Assembly: GCF_000373485.1 (NCBI RefSeq)
Contig: NZ_KB891575.1
Coordinates: 441,248-465,247 of the forward strand
Length of the DNA: 24,000 bases
From: Dasania marina DSM 21967
Lineage (GTDB): Bacteria; Pseudomonadota; Gammaproteobacteria; Pseudomonadales; Dasaniaceae
Direction: 5' to 3'
Positions within the stretch are counted from its first letter, which is position 1. Each line of letters begins with the position of its first letter. Both the position numbers and the translations under genes were made by a program. Under the pieces are notes generated by a model, which was not told the origin of the DNA, made no database searches, and saw nothing but the letters and a program-made list of their open reading frames with translations. Below, piece by piece: positions 18,605 through 24,000 of this stretch.

Positions 18605-19348
18605 ATGCTGCGTTATCACAATATTGTGGTGCTAACCGGTGCCGGTATCTCTGCGGAGTCGGGCATACGCACCTTTAGGGCCGCCGATGGCCTGTGGGAA
18701 GATCACCGCGTAGAAGATGTCGCCACCCCCGAAGCCTTTGAACGCAACCCCGAGTTAGTACACCGTTTTTACAATGAACGTCGCCAGCACTTACTCAACA
18801 ATATACAGCCCAATGCCGGGCACTTGGCTTTGGTCGAATTAGAGCAGGCCTTGCAACAGCAGGGAGGTGAATTTTTATTAATCACCCAAAATATAGACAA
18901 CCTACACGAGCAGGCAGGCAGCAAACAGCTGCGCCACATGCACGGCGAGTTGCTTAAGCTGCGCTGCCAACACAGCCAACAAGTGTTTGATTGGCTAGAA
19001 TCCAGCCACCCGCAACTGCCCTGCCCCTGCTGCCAAGTGGCGGGAAATCTTAGGCCACATGTGGTGTGGTTTGGGGAAATGCCTTTATATATGGATGAGA
19101 TAGAGCAGGCGCTTAGCCGCTGCGATTGTTTTATTTCTATAGGTACTTCGGGGAATGTCTATCCAGCCGCCGGTTTTTTTCAAGTGGCCAAGCAACACGG
19201 CGCCCACACCGTAGAGTTAAACTTAGAGCCTTCGCAGGCGGGCAGTTATTTTGACGAACAACAGTACGGCCCCGCCAGCCAGTTACTACCTAACTATATT
19301 GCTACTTTGCTGAACCACCCAACTGCTGGCGATGAGCCGACAAAATAG
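18605..19348 (+). CDS. cobB: NAD-dependent protein deacylase, Sir2 family (CobB)
   Basis: 247 aa. '[17 protein letters not shown]', '[12 protein letters not shown]', and the zinc-site region 'LRCQHSQQ...CPCC...[10 protein letters not shown]' are collinear with remembered E. coli CobB. Also shows '[10 protein letters not shown]'. Confidence 0.93.
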   Translation: MLRYHNIVVLTGAGISAESGIRTFRAADGLWEDHRVEDVATPEAFERNPELVHRFYNERRQHLLNNIQPNAGHLALVELEQALQQQGGEFLLITQNIDNLHEQAGSKQLRHMHGELLKLRCQHSQQVFDWLESSHPQLPCPCCQVAGNLRPHVVWFGEMPLYMDEIEQALSRCDCFISIGTSGNVYPAAGFFQVAKQHGAHTVELNLEPSQAGSYFDEQQYGPASQLLPNYIATLLNHPTAGDEPTK

Positions 19349-20453
19349 CCGCTACCGCCTGATTAAAAATACCTACCCAATAGCCGCTTAACTGTTTACC
19401 GGCACACTCATTAATGGTTTTAACGGCACGGATAATTGGCCGCTTTTGTTGATGGCTATAGGCGCGTTGATGGGTAAGCGCGTCAAAGGTGTCGGCGATA
19501 GCAATGATTTTTGCACCATCGCAAATTTTATCCTCACGTAAACCATTAGGGTAGCCGGTGCCATCTACCGCTTCGTGATGCTGGGCCACTATCTCTTTGG
19601 CCGCCTGCCAACGCGGTATGTGGGTTAATAACTGCATACTGCTTTGCACGTGGGAGCGCATCAAGGCGATCTCGTCATCTTCTAAACGATTTTCTTTATG
19701 CCACAGTTCTATAGGCACACAGGCCATGCCAAAATCATGGGCGTAAACCGCCACCGCCAAACTCATTTCATCCACCGGTTGGCCGGCTAGCTGGTTTAAA
19801 CTCAACGCCATTTTTAAAATTCTATCGCTGCGCCCGGACCAAAACTTTGAACGCGCCTCTACCGAACACATTAACCCCTTATAAAAACTCAATTCCTCCT
19901 GCTGGCTAAAGGCATAGAGCTGCAAAAAATCCTCTTGATAACTATCCAGCGTATCGCTGTGACTGATTTCTGCTACCGCCGGGTCTAACAGGCGTATGGT
20001 GCGGGCAATTAAGGCTTCGTTATCTGCGCTGTTTGAGGATTGTAACTGGGCCAGATTATCGGTGATGCGTTGTATAAAAATCGCGTCATAGGCTACCGAA
20101 CCATCACGCTGAAAATCTTCCACGAAGGTTTTGGCATCATCGAGTAATAACAGCATTAAATCACCCAGCAAAGGGCTATAGGCCATGCGCTGTTGCTTTA
20201 ACAGCAGCAGTAAATCATCCAGCGCTGCCAGCAAGGGCATTAACGGGGTAAAACCCACCACACCCAAATCACCTTTTATGGTGTGTACGGCGCGGCATAG
20301 CTGCTGTATTAACTCAAGATTATGAGGCTGGCTATCGAGTTGTACTAGGGCGGACTCACTACGTTGGTAATGAATAGCAATATCATCAACCAACTCTTGG
20401 GTTAATGTGGGCTCTAGTATGTCGGACTCGAACAAAACCATGGTGTATTCCAC
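19302..20453 (-). CDS. HPt domain - HD-GYP domain protein (putative c-di-GMP phosphodiesterase with a phosphotransfer domain)
   Basis: 383 aa. The N-terminus '[17 protein letters not shown]' is an HPt/CheA-P1-type H-x-x-K-G signature at His57. The C-terminus shows 'YAHDFGM' (HD), '[14 protein letters not shown]' (HHE...GYP) and '[14 protein letters not shown]'. The start could be the ATG at 20441. Confidence 0.88.
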   Translation of the reverse strand: MEYTMVLFESDILEPTLTQELVDDIAIHYQRSESALVQLDSQPHNLELIQQLCRAVHTIKGDLGVVGFTPLMPLLAALDDLLLLLKQQRMAYSPLLGDLMLLLLDDAKTFVEDFQRDGSVAYDAIFIQRITDNLAQLQSSNSADNEALIARTIRLLDPAVAEISHSDTLDSYQEDFLQLYAFSQQEELSFYKGLMCSVEARSKFWSGRSDRILKMALSLNQLAGQPVDEMSLAVAVYAHDFGMACVPIELWHKENRLEDDEIALMRSHVQSSMQLLTHIPRWQAAKEIVAQHHEAVDGTGYPNGLREDKICDGAKIIAIADTFDALTHQRAYSHQQKRPIIRAVKTINECAGKQLSGYWVGIFNQAVAAILSAHRQQLGGSAK

Positions 20454-20491
20454 AGCGCGCAGCCATCGGCATTAGAATCTTCTAAAGCGTG

Positions 20492-20534
20492 TCAGCGCTG
20501 TTAATTGCGAAAAGTGTAATCGTACAGCGCTGTA
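20492..20534. promoter_or_regulatory. Two AGCGCT-centred palindromes upstream of the HPt-HD-GYP gene (candidate operator pair)
   Basis: CAGCGCTG at 20492-20499 and TACAGCGCTGTA at 20523-20534. Their centres are 33 bp apart, within the 136-bp gap between the DUF465 stop and the HD-GYP start. Confidence 0.25.
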
Positions 20535-20589
20535 TCGGCCTAGCAAGCAAAACATTGAACAAGACTTGTACGCCCTGTTATGCATCTAC

Positions 20590-20796
20590 TTATGCATCTA
20601 AGTCGGGAATTAAGCGGCAGCGCACCCGCGCTATCAGGTCTTTGATGCGTAGCTTTTCTCGTTTTAAGCGTTGTAGCTTTAACTGATCGGCGGAGACGCT
20701 GGCGTGTAGCTGAGTAATTTGCTCATCTAATTGCTGGTGCTGGGTGCGCAAAGCTAGCAACTCTGCGCTTAAATAATTGTCGTTATTATCGGTCAT
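20590..20796 (-). CDS. DUF465/YdcH-family small coiled-coil protein
   Basis: 68 aa. 'LRTQHQQLDEQITQL......LQRLKREKLRIKDLI' matches the H..LD..I ... LKK.KL.LKD pattern that I recall for E. coli YdcH/DUF465. Confidence 0.7.
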   Translation of the reverse strand: MTDNNDNYLSAELLALRTQHQQLDEQITQLHASVSADQLKLQRLKREKLRIKDLIARVRCRLIPDLDA

Positions 20797-20839
20797 CGGG
20801 TATCACCATCAACAAAACTTATCCCCTAAAAAGAAAGGT

Positions 20840-21967
20840 TTAGCCACTAATCATATTATCGACAAAACGTTTAATACACTGCTGGCCGGCCAAATCCATA
20901 GTGGTAAATTCTAAGCTGCAACGAAAACCCTGGCTGGTAGATTCGCAGTGCAGCACTCTGGCATACAGCGCGCTGGTATCGGCCGCCAGTAAGTTTAGCG
21001 CCACCTCTAGCTTGATTTCTGAAAAATGCTCCAAAGGCACCGGGCTTAAAATCAAAAAACCGTGATAGCCTATATCGATAACCTCGGCCTTACAGTGCTG
21101 GCTTTTTATTTGTTTGCCTTGCACCACCTGAAAATAACAGGGCATATTAACCGCCACGCGAGGGCTTTTACGAATTTCACGCCTAGGCACAGTCATGGTA
21201 CGCGGCTGAGTAGTGCCTAATAGCTCATATAATAGCACGGGCTTACGCTGCCCCTTCACTTGCACGCTATTCGATTGCCCTACTAGGGTATAGGTCTGCG
21301 CCAGTTTAAAGGTAGCCTCACTCATCAGTATTTGGCCGCGTAAGCTTTGTGCTTCTATACGCGACACCAAATTAACAGCATCACCCATCACTGTGTACTG
21401 CTGCGGTTGGTCAGCCGCTACATTGCCCGCTAATACGGTACCGGTATTGATACCTATACCCATAAATAACTCGGGAAACCCTAACTCTTTGTTTTGCCGG
21501 TTGTAATCATTCATGGCGTGCTGCATTGCAATCGCACACGCTAACGCGGGCTCCACACCATCTGCCTCAACGTGGTCCATGCCAAACAACACCCGCATAG
21601 CATCACCCACTACATGCTCTATATAGCCACCATAGCGCTGTACTAGCTCAGACATTAGCGCATAAAAGCGATTAAGCAGGTTCATCAACATATTGGCGGA
21701 ATAGGTTTCAGCCAAGGCGGCAAAACCGCGTATATCGGCCCGCAGGATAGTCACTGTACGGGACTCGGCGCGGCACTCTTGATGTTGTGCTGGCTCTAGC
21801 GATGGCTGCTTAATTAAGGGGCTGTCAGCTAACACCGCCGCGATACGATCTTGCAGCTGTTGATGCACGACATTGCGTTCAAATTGGGTAGGCAAATAGG
21901 CTTCAACAATCTTGCTGATCTTGGCGGCCAGAACCTTGTGCTCACTGCTAGACGGGCTCATAGACAA
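20840..21967 (-). CDS. Class III adenylate/guanylate cyclase domain fused to a C-terminal PilZ domain
   Basis: 375 aa. The cyclase core (about aa 71-250) shows 'VTILRADIRGFAAL', 'GGYIEHVVGDAMRVLFG', 'GIGINTGTVLAGNV' and 'YTVMGDAVNLVSRIE'. The PilZ domain (about aa 262-372) shows 'RKSPRVAV' (RxxxR) and 'VIDIGYHGFLI' (D-x-G-x-x-G in place of D-x-S-x-x-G). Confidence 0.85.
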   Translation of the reverse strand: MSMSPSSSEHKVLAAKISKIVEAYLPTQFERNVVHQQLQDRIAAVLADSPLIKQPSLEPAQHQECRAESRTVTILRADIRGFAALAETYSANMLMNLLNRFYALMSELVQRYGGYIEHVVGDAMRVLFGMDHVEADGVEPALACAIAMQHAMNDYNRQNKELGFPELFMGIGINTGTVLAGNVAADQPQQYTVMGDAVNLVSRIEAQSLRGQILMSEATFKLAQTYTLVGQSNSVQVKGQRKPVLLYELLGTTQPRTMTVPRREIRKSPRVAVNMPCYFQVVQGKQIKSQHCKAEVIDIGYHGFLILSPVPLEHFSEIKLEVALNLLAADTSALYARVLHCESTSQGFRCSLEFTTMDLAGQQCIKRFVDNMISG

Positions 21968-22124
21968 ATACCTTAAAGCGAATATTCATCTCTAAAGTAA
22001 AGCCTACTAGCGACGAATTAACCACTATTTACCCGGCTAATCACCAGCCCATTAACGTAGTTAACACTATACCTAAAAATAAGTTTAAGCCTTTATAATC
22101 AATTGTTTAGCAAACACCGCCGCT

Positions 22125-22856
22125 TTAATGCAAGCAGCACTTGGCAAAAATCTCACCGCTGCCACAGGGGCAGAGCTGATCCCTAGCCACGGGCTCCAAC
22201 GCTAAAAATAATTGGTCGGCATCGTGCTGGGTGCTTGAGTTCCGCCACTGCCCTCGCACGTCAGCATACACCGCCAGCACCTCATCAAACCATTGGTAGG
22301 CTTCTTGTAGTTGCTGCTGTGCGGCGGGCTCGGTAGCGCTATTATCCGCGCCAAAACCCTCTTCAAATTGCAGTTGATCGCTGACCAACACATCGGTAAA
22401 CGCACTGGCTAAATTAAGCGCGGCAGTCACGGCATCATCTATAGCCTCGTCGTCTATATCCATTAGCGCCAGCTCCCACAGTTCATCCAAGTATTGGTGG
22501 GCAAACAAAAAGCCTTCACACCACAGTCCTAATTGGCGCTGCTGCTCTAGGCTGCTGGGGCAAAAGAAGGGCAGTAACTGGCCCTGCTCTAGGCTCCGCT
22601 CCAAGACTTGCATATCGTCCACTAACAGGGCCAAAAAGCGCTTAGCCTCGGCCTTGTTATCAAATTGCGGCTCATCATCTAACCAAATAAGCTCAAACCA
22701 TTCCGAGGGTTTAACCGGCTCCGGTGAGCAAGCTATGGCAAATAAAAAGCCCTGTAAGCGCTGATAATCCAGCACAGCATCACCTAGCTTATGTAAAAAA
22801 ACTTTCAATTCTTTGTCGTTGGCAGACAGGGTAATCATATAACTCACTTCTAACAT
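22125..22856 (-). CDS. yecA: YecA-family protein (UPF0149 domain plus C-terminal SEC-C metal-binding motif)
   Basis: The C-terminus 'CPCGSGEIFAKCCLH' closely matches the SecA-type MBD that I recall from E. coli YecA ('CPCGSGKKFKQCCLH'). The N-terminal acidic helical domain is consistent with UPF0149. The start may be the ATG at 22838 (MITLSAND...). Confidence 0.8.
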   Translation of the reverse strand: MLEVSYMITLSANDKELKVFLHKLGDAVLDYQRLQGFLFAIACSPEPVKPSEWFELIWLDDEPQFDNKAEAKRFLALLVDDMQVLERSLEQGQLLPFFCPSSLEQQRQLGLWCEGFLFAHQYLDELWELALMDIDDEAIDDAVTAALNLASAFTDVLVSDQLQFEEGFGADNSATEPAAQQQLQEAYQWFDEVLAVYADVRGQWRNSSTQHDADQLFLALEPVARDQLCPCGSGEIFAKCCLH

Positions 22857-22884
22857 TAGGCTTTGTTCAACTAGGCATTGTTCA

Positions 22885-23529
22885 TTAGGAATTGTTCAAC
22901 AAGCCCGAAAACAACTCGGGCTGGGAGCTAAGCACACGTTCCACAGTATCGACGATAGTTTGGGTTTGCCTATCTATCTCTATATTGACGCTATCGCCTA
23001 TGTGCTTGCTGCCATGGGTGGTGACTCGCAGGGTTTCTGGTATATAACACACCGTAAATTGCTGTTTCGCTCTGTCTATTTTGGCTACGGTAAGGCTACA
23101 GCCATTAATGGCAATAAAGCCTTTTTCAAAGACATATTTCATCAGCTGCGCTGGCAACTGATAAGTCACAAAGCGATTATTTTCCGGCTCAGCTATAGCG
23201 ACTAACTGCGCGCTGCTATCTATATGGCCAGACAGTATATGGCCGCCCACCTCTACCCCTTGCTTGGCGGAACGCTCTATATTAACACTATAGCCTACGC
23301 GTAAATCGGCTAGGGTAGTGACATCTAAAGTCTGCTGCATAATATCAAAGCTAACGTCCTCGCCCACCATGCCCGTTACGCTTAAACATACACCATCAAT
23401 CGATACGCTAGCCCCTATCAATAAATCCTCTAATAAGCTGGCGTTAAGCTGTACCGTCACCGTTAATAAACCCGGTAAACGCTGTAGCTGGGTCACTGTA
23501 AATGCGCCCTGCACTATACCTGTATACAT
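22885..23529 (-). CDS. ribE: Riboflavin synthase (alpha chain)
   Basis: 'MYTGIVQG', 'GASVSIDGVCLSV', 'VSFDIMQQTL..T.L..L', 'VNIERSAK', 'GGHILSGHID', 'MKYVFEKGFIAINGCSLTV', 'IPETL..T', 'VNIEIDRQTQTIVDTVERVL' are collinear with E. coli riboflavin synthase. I trimmed the start to the ATG at 23529, which has a GAGG SD upstream. The track start at 23625 adds 32 non-conserved residues. Confidence 0.93.
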   Translation of the reverse strand: MYTGIVQGAFTVTQLQRLPGLLTVTVQLNASLLEDLLIGASVSIDGVCLSVTGMVGEDVSFDIMQQTLDVTTLADLRVGYSVNIERSAKQGVEVGGHILSGHIDSSAQLVAIAEPENNRFVTYQLPAQLMKYVFEKGFIAINGCSLTVAKIDRAKQQFTVCYIPETLRVTTHGSKHIGDSVNIEIDRQTQTIVDTVERVLSSQPELFSGLLNNS

Positions 23530-24000
23530 ATAACCTCTGTGCTTTTTAAACACCACTGACTCAGTACTACCACTCGGCAGCACCTTTATTTTTGGTAAAA
23601 TTTCACTAACGTACTGACAGGGCATTATCTGCCGGCATTTTCAATTACGATAGTGTGGTAAACCACCCAAGCCCAAGGGCTTTTAGCCTACGCCGGTGCC
23701 ATTATAATATCACTTGCTATGTGTGGGCTGGACTTTTCCACCCACCCAACAGCGCTGATTACTCCTATAAGCTTACTAGCGCAAGCGTCTATTGTATGCG
23801 TATGGCTGGCCGTTGCCATTAATCTTTTTATTGATTTACCCGACACTATCGACCTTAGCCTCAATAGTTTTGTACTGTATTTAATCGTAAAAAGCAGCAT
23901 AAAATGCCGGCGCTTAAGCGTCACTCAATACAGCTTATGAAAAACCATGCCATGCTTTCACACTTTGGGGGGGTTATCTTAAGAGGCGTTTTATTATGAG

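Noticed and set aside
18259-19348. HIT plus SIR2 adjacency as a possible anti-phage (Thoeris/DSR-like SIR2) element.
   Set aside because: The SIR2 protein is a short, canonical CobB deacylase, collinear with E. coli CobB including the zinc-binding Cys pairs. It has no extra effector or sensor domains. The HIT protein is a standard HinT. No partner defence genes are present.
20840-21967. The cyclase as part of a cyclic-nucleotide defence system (Pycsar/CBASS-like).
   Set aside because: There is no adjacent effector with a cNMP-binding, TIR, transmembrane or nuclease domain. The neighbours are signalling proteins (PilZ fusion, HD-GYP). A housekeeping signalling role is more parsimonious, although the product nucleotide remains unknown.
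23530-23625. The 32-codon N-terminal extension of ribE (MPCQYVSEILPK...).
   Set aside because: Riboflavin synthases start at M(F/Y)TGIV. The ATG at 23529 has a GAGG Shine-Dalgarno upstream and gives a protein of about the same length as E. coli RibE.
23530-23720. A possible FMN (RFN) riboswitch in the ribE leader.
   Set aside because: I read the minus-strand leader and found none of the conserved RFN core segments that I remember, nor a matching multi-stem layout. Only an Infernal/Rfam scan could exclude it formally.
23688-23940. Two mutually overlapping ORFs on opposite strands (78 aa minus, 73 aa plus).
   Set aside because: They cannot both be real, and neither has motifs or a convincing RBS. 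I treated the region as non-coding or unknown (see the finding) rather than calling a CDS.
1-24000. CRISPR arrays, rRNA or tRNA genes, IS elements and long direct repeats.
   Set aside because: Reading the intergenic regions on both strands, I found no regularly spaced repeats, no cloverleaf-like segments and no transposase-like ORFs. Short-repeat detection by eye is limited, and a dot-plot would be the definitive check.

Overview
By gene content this is mostly a core chromosomal segment of a gammaproteobacterium. The run ubiE-ubiJ-ubiB-hisI-hisE-tatA-tatB-tatC matches the order I recall from Pseudomonas-type genomes. It is flanked by the 3' end of a class A PBP, radA, and rnb. The right half is more accessory-like. 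It holds a REC-REC-GGDEF protein, a HAD lipoprotein / GDPD / FGGY-kinase group, HIT and cobB, then a minus-strand run of ribE, yecA, a class III nucleotide cyclase fused to PilZ, a DUF465 protein and an HPt-HD-GYP protein. I saw no rRNA, tRNA, CRISPR array, transposase, integrase or recognisable defence genes. Two regions deserve a closer look. (1) 19302-21967 is a co-oriented trio (cyclase-PilZ, DUF465, HPt-HD-GYP). On paper it links c-di-GMP sensing and degradation to cNMP synthesis and a phosphorelay, and a GGEQF-variant REC-REC-GGDEF lies about 5 kb away. (2) 2381-4338 is an orphan three-gene insert between radA and ubiE. It encodes a tandem DnaT-C-terminal-like protein, a phage lambda P-like (helicase loader family) protein and an unknown protein, with no other phage genes nearby. 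All homology calls come from reading motifs in the supplied translations and from remembered reference sequences. No database search was run.
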